NCBI GenBank assembly: GCA_041649715.1
Contig: JBAZMP010000001.1
Location: 436,638 to 500,637 of the forward strand
DNA: 64,000 nt
Source of the DNA: Patescibacteria group bacterium
GTDB lineage: Bacteria > Patescibacteriota > Patescibacteriia > JAXHNJ01
Reading direction: 5' to 3'
Shown here in pieces: positions 29,519 to 39,364 of this stretch (its first letter is position 1; each line of letters opens with the position of its first letter). The notes beneath the pieces are model-generated. The model did no database searches, was not told where the DNA came from, and saw nothing but the letters and a program-made list of their open reading frames with translations. The translations under genes were made by a program, and so were the position numbers.

Positions 29519-29929
29519 ATGGAAGAGACAAGGGCCTATTACGAGATTAAGGTTACCGCCGGACTGGTGGTGATTACGGTTTACCGGGGCAAATATGACC
29601 GAGAAACTATTGGCTTGGCCGTGGCCAAATTGCTGGCTGATCGAAGATTAAGCCTTGCGAATCTTAAGGCCTATAAAGCGATTGTGCTCGATGTATCTAT
29701 GGTTGACATGAACAGTGCCGGTATCGGGGGCATAATTGCCCTGACTAAGAAGTATTCGCTTGCCTGCCCGGGCAAGAAGATCTACATCATTATCGGCAGG
29801 AACGAAAGGGTAAGGAATCTTATCAGGGTCACGCGATTGGATATTATCGTAACAGAGGTTCCGGCCGGATATAACGCTGGCAATATCGATGATTTTATCA
29901 AGCAAAAGGAGGCGGAAATAAGCCAATAA
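29519..29929 (+). CDS. STAS-domain protein (anti-sigma-factor antagonist-like).
   Basis: VLDVSMVDMNSAGIGGIIALTKK resembles the SpoIIAA/STAS core. It has a strong RBS (AAAGGAGG), its own promoter and its own terminator. Confidence 0.6.
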   Translation: MEETRAYYEIKVTAGLVVITVYRGKYDRETIGLAVAKLLADRRLSLANLKAYKAIVLDVSMVDMNSAGIGGIIALTKKYSLACPGKKIYIIIGRNERVRNLIRVTRLDIIVTEVPAGYNAGNIDDFIKQKEAEISQ

Positions 29930-29948
29930 TTCAAATGTTCTCTCCATA

Positions 29949-29983
29949 AATCCGCCCGATGTGAATGTCGCGCGGATTTTTTT
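29949..29983 (+). terminator. Rho-independent terminator.
   Basis: Stem AATCCGC/GCGGATT followed by TTTTTTT. Confidence 0.65.
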
Positions 29984-30043
29984 ATATTAAATATTGCATA
30001 TCATAATATAAATGTTATAATATTAATTGAAAGGGACAAATAT

Positions 30044-30829
30044 ATGGAAACATCATCTATTATAAACGAAGAAGTTAGATTCAAAAAATTAAGGATTTAT
30101 AATGTCGTCATGGCTATTTTTCACGCGATTCAGGGCGTATTGATGCTGGTTTTAAGTACTAGTTTTTCCTTGCCCGTGACTACGTCTTTTGTCCAATATA
30201 GCTCCACGGCCGGTAAGCTGGAACCGGTAATAAAGCAAGCTTTTGAAATAAGGCTCGGACTATTAGTCGCAATTTTTCTCTTTCTTTCCGCCCTGGCTCA
30301 TTTTTTGGTTTCCACGTTCTTTTATCGATGGTATGTGAATAATCTAAAGAGGGGGTTGAATTTGGCCCGTTGGATCGAATATTCTTTTAGCTCTTCGTTG
30401 ATGATCGTGGTTATCTCAATGTTGGTCGGGATTTATGATGGCGTAAGCCTAATGCTGATTTTCTTTCTTAATATGATGATGATACTTTTCGGCTGGCTGA
30501 TGGAAGTACATAATCAAACCACGCCAAAGATTAATTGGACTGCATTTATTTTCGGCTGTTTAGCGGGAGCCATTCCCTGGGTGGCAGTCGCCCTGTATTT
30601 GTTTGGTTCGGGAACGCCCGGAGCGAAACCGCCGACTTTTGTCTATTGGATCTTCTTTTCTATTTTTCTTTTCTTTAATATATTTGCCGTCAATATGGTA
30701 TTGCAATATAAAAAAACGGGTAAATGGCGAGATTATCTTTACGGCGAAAAGGTCTATATAATATTAAGTCTGGTGGCTAAATCATTGCTCGCCTGGCAGG
30801 TCTGGGCGGGAACGTTAAGGCCGGTCTAG
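30044..30829 (+). CDS. Heliorhodopsin (inverted-topology microbial rhodopsin).
   Basis: 261 aa, 7 TM. Close collinear match to heliorhodopsin 48C12: RWIEYSFSSSLMIVVIS vs RWVEYSLSSSVMIVLIA, ILFGWLMEV vs ILFGWLQEK, FGCLAGAIPW vs FGCIAGIVPW, and YGEKVYIILSLVAKSLLAWQVWAGTLRP vs RGERAYIVLSLVAKSALAWQIFSGTLIP. The retinal Schiff-base Lys in TM7 is conserved. Confidence 0.85.
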   Translation: METSSIINEEVRFKKLRIYNVVMAIFHAIQGVLMLVLSTSFSLPVTTSFVQYSSTAGKLEPVIKQAFEIRLGLLVAIFLFLSALAHFLVSTFFYRWYVNNLKRGLNLARWIEYSFSSSLMIVVISMLVGIYDGVSLMLIFFLNMMMILFGWLMEVHNQTTPKINWTAFIFGCLAGAIPWVAVALYLFGSGTPGAKPPTFVYWIFFSIFLFFNIFAVNMVLQYKKTGKWRDYLYGEKVYIILSLVAKSLLAWQVWAGTLRPV

Positions 30830-30917
30830 GAAAAACAATAAATAATGGAGCAAATCCCTTAGGCTCGCCGTTTTTCTGTTGCCAAAAGATCGAGTTTGAC
30901 ATATAATATATATTAAT

Positions 30918-32600
30918 ATGTCAATAAGACGTAAGGTTTGGTTAACTTTTTCCGGTATTATTCTACTCGCTGTATTAGCGGGTTTGCTTGATTACCCCAA
31001 AGGCCCGAATATTAAAATTGGCTCATATTTTAAGGAAATCAAAGTTCATCTGGGCCTGGACCTTTCTGGCGGTACCCGCTTGGTCTATCAAGCCGACACC
31101 GCCAACATAGCCGAAGCGGATAAGGCTTCCGCCTTGGATGGGGTTCGTGACGTCATTGAAAGACGGATTAACGCTTTCGGCGTTTCCGAACCGGTTATTC
31201 AGACCAACAAATCTGGAGAAAATTGGCGGGTAACCGTTGAATTACCTGGCATCACCGATATCAGCCAGGCAATAAAGCTTATCGGGGAAACGCCGCTTTT
31301 GGAATTTAAAGAAGAAGCCCCGGCGGCCGTTCTGTCGGATGAACAAAAAAAAGAAATCGAAGATTATAATAAGCAGGCGAAAGAGAAGGCCCTGGGGATG
31401 TTAGCGGAAGCACTAAAAAGCGGCGCGGATTTTGCCGCTTTGGCTAGCGAGTATAGCGAAGATCCGGGCAGTAAAGATCAGGGCGGTGATTTGGGCTTTT
31501 TTGGTGAAGGGGAGATGGTAGCTGAGTTTAACGAGGTGGCATTTAGCAAAGCGGTAAAAGGTGTGGTCTATCCGGAGCTCGTCGAGACGGTCTATGGTTA
31601 TCATATTATCTTAAAAACCGATGAAAAAGTGACCGATGGCAAAAAAGAGGTAAGGGCTTCTCACATTCTGATCCTTAAAAAAAGCGAAGCCGATTACCAA
31701 ACCGGCGAAGCGTACGTTGAGACCGGTCTTTCCGGCCAACAATTGCAAAGAGCCTTTGTGGAGTTTGACCAGAACACTGGAGCGCCGAGCGTCGGTTTGG
31801 AATTCAACGACGAGGGAAAGAAATTATTTTCCGACATTACTGAGAGAAATATTAATAAGATTGTCGCTATTTATCTGGATGGTTCTCCGATTTCATTGCC
31901 TACGGTAAATTCCAAAATTACGGAAGGAACGGCCGTCATTACCGGTAATTTTACTCTGACCGAGGCCAAGACCTTGGCTCAACGTCTAAACTCCGGGGCT
32001 TTACCCGTGCCCATCACTTTAATAAGTCAGCAGAATATCGGGGCCACTTTAGGTAAAATATCGGTTCAAAAAAGCTTGTTCGCCGGACTTTTAGGACTGT
32101 TTTCTGTCGCCTTCTTTATGATCATTTTTTACCGTTTACCCGGTCTTCTTTCCGTTCTCGCCCTCATTATTTATTCTTTAGTCGCGTTGGCCATTTTTAA
32201 GCTTTGGCCAGTGACCATGACCTTGGCCGGTGTCGCCGGTTTTATCCTTTCCATCGGTATGGCGGTGGATGCCAATGTATTGATTTTTGAACGGATGAAG
32301 GAAGAACTAGAGGCGGGAAAACCTTTGGATTTGGCAATTGAAGACGGATTTAAACGGGCCTGGCTTTCCATCCGTGATTCAAACGTTTCTTCCATTATCA
32401 CTTGTATTATATTGGCTTGGTTTGGAACAAGCTTAATAAAGGGATTTGCCATTACTTTAGCCATCGGCATCTTCGTTTCTATGTTCTCGGCGATCACGGT
32501 CACCCGAACTTTTTTAAGACTGATGGTCGGTCCCCGCTTATCCAGCCATTTGGCCTGGTTCGGCGTTAAACAAAATCATACACCAGAAAAAAATGTATAA
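30918..32600 (+). CDS. secD: Protein translocase subunit SecD with a parvulin-type (PpiC) peptidyl-prolyl isomerase domain inserted in the first periplasmic domain.
   Basis: SecD TM1, P1 domain and the C-terminal 5-TM core are present. Residues around 140-235 (GADFAALASEYSEDPGSKDQGGDLGFFGEGEMVAEFNEVAFS...VYGYHIIL) match the PpiC rotamase domain. Confidence 0.85.
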   Translation: MSIRRKVWLTFSGIILLAVLAGLLDYPKGPNIKIGSYFKEIKVHLGLDLSGGTRLVYQADTANIAEADKASALDGVRDVIERRINAFGVSEPVIQTNKSGENWRVTVELPGITDISQAIKLIGETPLLEFKEEAPAAVLSDEQKKEIEDYNKQAKEKALGMLAEALKSGADFAALASEYSEDPGSKDQGGDLGFFGEGEMVAEFNEVAFSKAVKGVVYPELVETVYGYHIILKTDEKVTDGKKEVRASHILILKKSEADYQTGEAYVETGLSGQQLQRAFVEFDQNTGAPSVGLEFNDEGKKLFSDITERNINKIVAIYLDGSPISLPTVNSKITEGTAVITGNFTLTEAKTLAQRLNSGALPVPITLISQQNIGATLGKISVQKSLFAGLLGLFSVAFFMIIFYRLPGLLSVLALIIYSLVALAIFKLWPVTMTLAGVAGFILSIGMAVDANVLIFERMKEELEAGKPLDLAIEDGFKRAWLSIRDSNVSSIITCIILAWFGTSLIKGFAITLAIGIFVSMFSAITVTRTFLRLMVGPRLSSHLAWFGVKQNHTPEKNV

Positions 32601-33483
32601 CATCATCCAAAAAAGAAATTTTTTCTTTTCCGTTTCAGGTGTTTTTATTATCATTAGCCTGGTATTCATATTCTTGGGCGGTCTTAAGTTCAGTATTGAT
32701 TTTACCGGCGGGGCGCTGATGCAAGTTGAGTTTAAAGGGGAAAGACCATCCGCGCCGGAAGTCGAAGCCTCTTTGGCGGAGTTAAACCTGGGAACTATTA
32801 ATATTCAGAACGTCGGAGAGAAGGACATGATTCTAAAAATGAGAAATATTAATAACGACGAAAGAGTATCCATAACGGAAAATCTCCAAAACCTCAGACC
32901 GATGGAGGAAAAAACCTTTGACACGGTCGGTCCGATTATTGGCCAGGAGTTGAAAAGAAAAGCGATCTACGCCAATATTTTAGTATTAATCTGTATTATT
33001 ATTTATCTCGCCTGGGCTTTCCGTAAAATATCCTCTTATAGAGTTTCCAGCTGGCTGTTCGGCATAAACGCAGTCATTGCCCTGATCCATGATATATTAA
33101 TCACGATCGGACTTTTCTCCGTTTTAGGTTATTTTTTTAATATAGAAGTGGACAGCCTTTTCGTTACGGCTCTTCTTACTATCTTGGGTTTTTCCGTTCA
33201 TGACACAATCGTCGTATTCGACCGGATCCGTGAAGGAATAAAAAAAGATTTTTCTTCGCCGTTCGAAACGATAATAAACCGAAGTATTAATGAAACCATG
33301 ATCCGTTCTCTGAATACTACCATCACCACTTTTTTGGTTTTGATCGCTTTATTTCTTTTTGGCGGTGAATCTGTGAAGTACTTTGTTCTCGCCCTGATGT
33401 TCGGCATCGTTATCGGGACCTATTCTTCAATATTTATCGCTTCGCCACTTCTTTTGCTTTGGAACCGTTTCCGAACAAAATAA
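32593..33483 (+). CDS. secF: Protein translocase subunit SecF.
   Basis: 296 aa, 6 TM, SecF motifs, adjacent to secD. Confidence 0.9.
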   Translation: MYNIIQKRNFFFSVSGVFIIISLVFIFLGGLKFSIDFTGGALMQVEFKGERPSAPEVEASLAELNLGTINIQNVGEKDMILKMRNINNDERVSITENLQNLRPMEEKTFDTVGPIIGQELKRKAIYANILVLICIIIYLAWAFRKISSYRVSSWLFGINAVIALIHDILITIGLFSVLGYFFNIEVDSLFVTALLTILGFSVHDTIVVFDRIREGIKKDFSSPFETIINRSINETMIRSLNTTITTFLVLIALFLFGGESVKYFVLALMFGIVIGTYSSIFIASPLLLLWNRFRTK

Positions 33484-33646
33484 TATATTAAACAATAAAA
33501 GATAAAATTTGCCAAATGATATCTTTTATTTTGTATTAATTTGCTTGACATTTTGATAAAAGTATGCTATACTATTATCAGAGTTTAGTTATTGTTTGTG
33601 CGTAATCCTCTGAAAATTACGCTAATATTAAAGAAATTTTAAATAT

Positions 33647-34765
33647 ATGAACGATCAAAATTCAATATTAGACAAAATAATAACCTCCAAGCAAACTGAA
33701 GACGTATCACAATTCAATCCCCAGGATAAAGTTTCCAGCTTCTTGAAATTAGTCAGTGACAAGGAGGGGGATATACTTCGCCGTCGCTACGGACTTAACG
33801 GGAAAAGAGAAGAAACTTTGGAAGAGATCGGCGGCATTTATGGCGTCACGCGGGAAAGAATCCGGCAGGTTGAAAATTTGACTTTGCAGAAGATAAAACA
33901 GGCTAAGGAATTTAACGGGCTTATCCAGACGGTTGAAGGGATAATCAGCAGTTTTCTCCATCAGCACGGGGGAATTATGGAAGAAGAGTATCTTTTTTGG
34001 AAAATACTTTCATTTTGTGGCGATTCAGAAATAAACCGGAAATCGCTTTCTTTTATTCTTACCCGGCTCTTGTCTGACAAATTCAAGAAAATCAAAAGTG
34101 ACACCATTAAACCTTCCTGGCTGCTCAAAAGCCAGAATCTTGATCTTTTAAATAAAACACATGAAGCTTTGCAGAAGATATTTGAGAATGAGAATAAACC
34201 CCTGGGTCAAGATGAAATTTTGGCAAAATTTAAGCTTACAGAAATTTATAAAGCCGAAAGCCAGTGGTTAAAGGATGAGGTGGTAATCTCCTATTTAAAA
34301 ACTTTTGCGAAAGTTTCTTCTAATCCGTTTGATGAGTACGGCCTGATTTCCTGGGGTTCCATCACCCCTAAGCGTATCAACGACAAGATTTATCTTATTC
34401 TGAAAAAAAATGGTCAACCCATGCATTTTACAAAAATCGCCGAGATGGTTAATAAGGCGAGTTTTGATGACAAAAAAGCTTATCCGCCCACCGTGCATAA
34501 CGAATTAATATTGAATGACCGTTACGTCCTGGTCGGACGCGGCATTTACGCCCTTAAAGAATGGGGCTATAAGCCGGGAGTAGTTATTGACGTACTGACG
34601 GAAATTTTAAAAAGCGAGAGCAGGCCATTAACTCGTGATGAAGTGATCAAAAAAGTGATGGAAAAAAGAATGGTCAAAAAAAATACTATCCTTCTTGCCC
34701 TGACCAATAAAGAAAGATTTAAAAAGCTGACGGATGGCACCTATACTTTGAATAATCCTCAATAA
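33647..34765 (+). CDS. Sigma-70 region-4-like HTH domain protein.
   Basis: TLEEIGGIYGVTRERIRQVENLTLQKI matches the sigma region 4 HTH. The remainder is uncharacterised. Confidence 0.5.
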   Translation: MNDQNSILDKIITSKQTEDVSQFNPQDKVSSFLKLVSDKEGDILRRRYGLNGKREETLEEIGGIYGVTRERIRQVENLTLQKIKQAKEFNGLIQTVEGIISSFLHQHGGIMEEEYLFWKILSFCGDSEINRKSLSFILTRLLSDKFKKIKSDTIKPSWLLKSQNLDLLNKTHEALQKIFENENKPLGQDEILAKFKLTEIYKAESQWLKDEVVISYLKTFAKVSSNPFDEYGLISWGSITPKRINDKIYLILKKNGQPMHFTKIAEMVNKASFDDKKAYPPTVHNELILNDRYVLVGRGIYALKEWGYKPGVVIDVLTEILKSESRPLTRDEVIKKVMEKRMVKKNTILLALTNKERFKKLTDGTYTLNNPQ

Positions 34766-34772
34766 TATTTTT

Positions 34773-36182
34773 ATGGATATTACGTTAGATTTTTCCACTG
34801 GCGGTTATGCGGACTCCTATTTAGGTCCGTTCTATACTTTGTGGATAATTATTGCTCATGGCGGTTGGGTCGCCCTCGTCATTGCTTTCATTATCGGTTT
34901 TTTCTTGCTTTGGTTGGAATGGCGGCGCAATCTGTTTGACGCCAAGGTAAAATTTATCTTGTTGGCCATTGATATTCCTAAGGAAAATGAGCAGACGCCC
35001 AAAGCCGTGGAAAACATATTTTCACACTTGCACGGCATTCAAAAAAGAGGCAATTTTATTGAAAAGTATATTGGTGGTTACACGCAGCAGTGTTTTTCTT
35101 TGGAGATTATCAGTATCGGCGGATATATCCAATTTCTTATCCGGACACCGGAGGACTGGCGAGATTTAGCCGAAGCCGCCATCTACGCCCAATACCCCAA
35201 TGCGGAAATTACTGAAGTGGAAGATTACACGAAAGATATCAAGATCAAGTTTCCTAATGATGATTATGACATTTGGGGGACGCACATGACCCTAGAGAAA
35301 AAAGACGTATATCCCATTAAAACTTACGTATCTTTCGAAGATCCTTCCACAAAAGAAACGTTTAAAGATCCCATGGCTTCTTTGCTGGAAATAATGAGCC
35401 GTTTAAAAGAGGGGGAGCAGATTTGGATCCAGATGGTAATTTCTCCTGAAGGGAGCAAGGAATGGCGTGATTCCGGTATTAGGGTTATTAAAAAGCTGAT
35501 CGGCGCCAAAACAGAGAGTAAAGGAAAGGATTTATTTTGGCTGCCTAAAAATGTCATCCACGGGGTTAGCGAATCGTTATATGCTTCTATTATCTCCCCA
35601 TCTGATTTATACGGAAGTACCGCCCAAAAGGAGATTCTAAGATGGCCGACCATGATTCAACATTTATCTCCCTCGGAAAGATCGGTCGTGGAGGCGGTCG
35701 GCATAAAAATTTCCAAAATCGCCTTCAAAACAAAAATGAGGGTCATCTACTTGGGCAAAAAAGAAGTTTTCAGCAAAAATCGTTTTGTGCCGGCCATTAT
35801 GGGAGCCCTTAAACAATATAATACTCTGGATATCAACGGTTTAAAGGCCGATGCCAAAACCAAGACCAAGGTGGATTATCCGCCGATAAAGTCGATTATA
35901 GAATGGCGCCAGAACCGGAGAAAATGGCGGGTCATGTGGGGCTATAAATACCGGAGCAGCACGCGCGGGCGTTGCAAGTTTGTTTTAAATATCGAGGAAC
36001 TGGCTACTCTTTTTCATTTTCCGATCATGACGGTGAAAGCTCCGATGGTTAAGAAAACGGAGGCGCGCAAAGCAGAACCGCCGGTCTCTCTGCCCTTGGA
36101 GCAGGCTTACCCCCTTCATAAAAAAAGCGAGGAAGAAATAAGCGAAGAGGAAAAAATTCCCCAGAATATTCCCTTTATTTAA
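34773..36182 (+). CDS. Membrane-anchored hypothetical protein, the partner of the downstream ATPase.
   Basis: N-terminal TM helix or helices (WIIIAHGGWVALVIAFIIGFFLLWL), then a 400 aa soluble domain with no recognised motif. It ends 6 nt before the ATPase gene. Confidence 0.5.
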   Translation: MDITLDFSTGGYADSYLGPFYTLWIIIAHGGWVALVIAFIIGFFLLWLEWRRNLFDAKVKFILLAIDIPKENEQTPKAVENIFSHLHGIQKRGNFIEKYIGGYTQQCFSLEIISIGGYIQFLIRTPEDWRDLAEAAIYAQYPNAEITEVEDYTKDIKIKFPNDDYDIWGTHMTLEKKDVYPIKTYVSFEDPSTKETFKDPMASLLEIMSRLKEGEQIWIQMVISPEGSKEWRDSGIRVIKKLIGAKTESKGKDLFWLPKNVIHGVSESLYASIISPSDLYGSTAQKEILRWPTMIQHLSPSERSVVEAVGIKISKIAFKTKMRVIYLGKKEVFSKNRFVPAIMGALKQYNTLDINGLKADAKTKTKVDYPPIKSIIEWRQNRRKWRVMWGYKYRSSTRGRCKFVLNIEELATLFHFPIMTVKAPMVKKTEARKAEPPVSLPLEQAYPLHKKSEEEISEEEKIPQNIPFI

Positions 36183-36187
36183 CACCT

Positions 36188-37897
36188 ATGACCTATCAGT
36201 CAAATACAACCGCCGATGACGTTACCCCGTTCGGCCTGACCAACTTTAGGAATCTCAGGCGGAAATTCGGCATTAAAACCGACGATCGACGCCGGCACAT
36301 GTATCTTATCGGAAAAACCGGTATGGGCAAATCGACGGTCATTGAAAACATGATTATTGATGATATCAAAAAGGGCAAAGGAGTGGCCCTGATCGATCCC
36401 TTGGGCGACCTAGTTGAAAAAGTGATAGATTTTATTCCGAGTTACCGGGTTAATGACGTCGTGTATTTCAACCCCTCGGATCTGGATTATCCCATTGCCT
36501 TTAACGTCCTTGAGTCAATTGATCCGACTCATCACCATTTAATAACTTCCGGTTTGATCGCCGTCTTTAAAAAAATCTGGGTCGATTCCTGGGGCCCACG
36601 TTTGGAGTATGTTTTGCGCAACACTATTTTGGCTCTTTTAGAATATCCGGGCAGCACATTACTGGGAGTGACGCGTCTGCTTGTGGACAAGGATTACCGC
36701 CGCAAAGTTGTCAGCCGTCTGACCGATCCGATCGTCAAAGCCTTCTGGCTGGACGAATATTCGGCCTATTCTAATCAGTTCCGCACCGAAGCGATCTCGC
36801 CTATTCAAAATAAAGTCGGACAGTTTTTGTCCAGCTCGGTAATAAGGAATATCGTGGGTCAGTCAAAAAGCACCATTGATATGCGAGAGATCATGGATAA
36901 CGGGAAAATCCTCCTTATGAATTTGGCCAAGGGTAGGATAGGCGAGGATAATTCTTCCTTGTTAGGCGCTATGATGGTGACAAAAATACAATTAGCGGCC
37001 ATGAGCCGGGTAGACACCCCAGAAGAACAAAGACGCGATTTTTATCTTTATGTCGATGAATTTCAGAATTTTGCTACGGAGAGTTTTGCCACGATTCTTT
37101 CCGAAGCGAGAAAATACCGGTTAAACCTGACCATTGCTCATCAATATATAGAACAACTGGATGAGAAAGTAGCGGCGGCTGTTTTCGGCAATGTGGGGAC
37201 CTTGGTGGTATTCCGTGTCGGGGCGGCCGACGCCGAATTCTTGCTCAAGGAATTTGAGCCGATCTTTACAGAAACGGACTTGGTCAATCTGACCAAGTTT
37301 GAGATATATTTAAAACTGATGATTGATGGTGTTTCCTCCGATCCCTTTTCCGCCCTTACCTTACCGCCTTTGCATGAGCAGGAAAATAATCATGAAAAAA
37401 TAATCTTGGTTTCACGGGAAAGATACACCAAGCCAAGGAAGGAAGTAGAGGAAAAAATTACTCGGTGGAGCGGCGTGGACGACATGTTCCGGGAAACGGC
37501 TCAGGAGGAAAATCGTGCGGAAGAAAGAAATCGTCCGGGCCGTAATTTTGAAGGCGGTAAAAGATTTAAACAGGGGGCGAGGTTTCCGGAAAAAGCTCGA
37601 CCCCAAGAAGAAGGCGGCCGGGAAGAAGAGCCGAAAATTGACCTAAGCAAGGCTAAACTGGAGCCGGTGGCCAGAGAAATAAATGAACCCCCCATTTCTT
37701 TAAGCGAGGCCTTAGCCCGCGGTTCAATTTCTTTCGGCGGAAAAAGTCAAAAGCCATTTCCCTCCCCGTCGCCTGATAGCCGTCCGGCAACCTATGCCCC
37801 GCCTGCCCGGTCAAATATTAACCCCAAAGATAACAGTTATGGATCACCTCAACCCTTAAGACGAGGTCAGGTGGTAAAATTTAACCCTAAATTTTGA
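36188..37897 (+). CDS. FtsK/HerA/VirD4-superfamily P-loop NTPase (DUF87/TraD-like) with a long disordered R/E/G/P-rich C-terminal tail.
   Basis: Walker A LIGKTGMGKST, then DPLGDL and YFNPSD...FNVL motifs reminiscent of VirD4/HerA. Walker B LYVDEFQNF. The C-terminal 140 aa are low-complexity. Confidence 0.6.
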   Translation: MTYQSNTTADDVTPFGLTNFRNLRRKFGIKTDDRRRHMYLIGKTGMGKSTVIENMIIDDIKKGKGVALIDPLGDLVEKVIDFIPSYRVNDVVYFNPSDLDYPIAFNVLESIDPTHHHLITSGLIAVFKKIWVDSWGPRLEYVLRNTILALLEYPGSTLLGVTRLLVDKDYRRKVVSRLTDPIVKAFWLDEYSAYSNQFRTEAISPIQNKVGQFLSSSVIRNIVGQSKSTIDMREIMDNGKILLMNLAKGRIGEDNSSLLGAMMVTKIQLAAMSRVDTPEEQRRDFYLYVDEFQNFATESFATILSEARKYRLNLTIAHQYIEQLDEKVAAAVFGNVGTLVVFRVGAADAEFLLKEFEPIFTETDLVNLTKFEIYLKLMIDGVSSDPFSALTLPPLHEQENNHEKIILVSRERYTKPRKEVEEKITRWSGVDDMFRETAQEENRAEERNRPGRNFEGGKRFKQGARFPEKARPQEEGGREEEPKIDLSKAKLEPVAREINEPPISLSEALARGSISFGGKSQKPFPSPSPDSRPATYAPPARSNINPKDNSYGSPQPLRRGQVVKFNPKF

Positions 37898-37901
37898 TAA
37901 T

Positions 37902-38975
37902 ATGGAAATCTCGCGTTTTAAGGAATGCAAAGAGCTTAATCTACATTTTTTTGAATGTCCAACCACTCTATTTTTATTGACCGGGTTCATCACCATAATA
38001 TTGATCTTATCCTCGTTTGTCATTGTTCGCCGTTATTATTCGGATGAAATAGTCTTTTTTATCTCGGTTTTTATTTCCGTGGTGATGATAATCATTTCGT
38101 ATTTTGTCCATGTCGGGACCAGCAAAGTAGCAAGCTCAAAAAAGAGACTGCAGGAAAGCAACAACAAGCTAAGTGAAACACTGATAAAATTAAAAGAGGC
38201 AGAAAAAAAACAAGATGAATTTACCCATTTAATGGTTCACGATCTGCGTTCACCCCTAAACGGAATCCGCATGGTTTCCGAGGTCATTCTCAATGATTTA
38301 AAAAAGCAGCACAAAAATGATCAGCTAGAACCCATTAATTTGATTAATGGTAACGCGGTTCATATGTTGACCCTAGTTAATGATATTTTGGATGTGGCCA
38401 AGATCGAAGCGGGAATGTTCAAACTGGAAAAAAAGAAAAGTGATTTTTCCCTGCTCGCCGCAGATATGGTCCGTTATTTTAAACCCCTCGCTTTAGGAAA
38501 AAACATCAAATTAGAATTGATTGTTGAAGAAAAATTGCCGCCGATAGAGTATGATGAAAGTGCCATGCGCCAGGTTTTTGAGAATTTAATCTCCAATTCT
38601 TTAAAATTTACCCCAGCCGGGGGCAGAATTCAGATTCAAATATTTAAGCATTCAAAGAAACACAATTTGAACGAAGAAGCGCAGAAGCTTCGGATCGAAT
38701 GGAATCTCAAGGGTGGCGATGAAAAATTGGATAACTACCCGGAATCTATCGTCGTCGGAATCACGGATAACGGCCAGGGCATCTCAATAATCGGCCTTTC
38801 TCGCCTTTTTAATAAATTCGAGCAGGCGGAGGGAAGAAGCAAAGGCACGGAAAGAGGAACGGGACTGGGTTTGATCATAGTCAAGGGTATTGTTGAGGCG
38901 CATGGCGGGATAGTGGGGGTGGCCTCTAAAGAATCGCAGGGAACAACCTTTTATTTTAATTTACCGATAAATTAG
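37902..38975 (+). CDS. Membrane sensor histidine kinase.
   Basis: Two TM helices, an HisKA H-box HDLRSPLNGI, and an HATPase_c G-box GTGLGLIIVKGIVEAHGG. Confidence 0.85.
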   Translation: MEISRFKECKELNLHFFECPTTLFLLTGFITIILILSSFVIVRRYYSDEIVFFISVFISVVMIIISYFVHVGTSKVASSKKRLQESNNKLSETLIKLKEAEKKQDEFTHLMVHDLRSPLNGIRMVSEVILNDLKKQHKNDQLEPINLINGNAVHMLTLVNDILDVAKIEAGMFKLEKKKSDFSLLAADMVRYFKPLALGKNIKLELIVEEKLPPIEYDESAMRQVFENLISNSLKFTPAGGRIQIQIFKHSKKHNLNEEAQKLRIEWNLKGGDEKLDNYPESIVVGITDNGQGISIIGLSRLFNKFEQAEGRSKGTERGTGLGLIIVKGIVEAHGGIVGVASKESQGTTFYFNLPIN

Positions 38976-38986
38976 GAAAATAATTT

Positions 38987-39364
38987 ATGGAACCAAAAAA
39001 AATATTAATCATCGAGGACGAAGCGGCTCTTCTTTATGCTTTCAAGGCTCGGCTTACGGTCGAGGGCCTGAATGTTTTGACCGCCAGTACCGCCGAAGAG
39101 GGTTTTGAAATAATAAAAAAGGAAAAGCCTAAATTGATACTTTTGGATTTGATCCTGCCCCAGATGGATGGTTTCAGTTTATTGAAAAAAATAAAAGCAG
39201 ACAGGAATTTTTCTCAAGTTCCCGTTATTATTATTTCCAATTTAAGCAAGAAGGAAAACATGGAAAAGAGTCTGAATTTAGGGGCCCAAGATTATATTGT
39301 CAAATCCGAGTTTAACTTGGACACCTTGATAGCCAAAGTTAAGGAGGTGGCGGACCATGTCTAA
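38987..39364 (+). CDS. Single-domain response regulator (receiver only).
   Basis: ILIIEDE...LDLILPQMDG...K receiver motifs, and no output domain. Confidence 0.8.
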   Translation: MEPKKILIIEDEAALLYAFKARLTVEGLNVLTASTAEEGFEIIKKEKPKLILLDLILPQMDGFSLLKKIKADRNFSQVPVIIISNLSKKENMEKSLNLGAQDYIVKSEFNLDTLIAKVKEVADHV

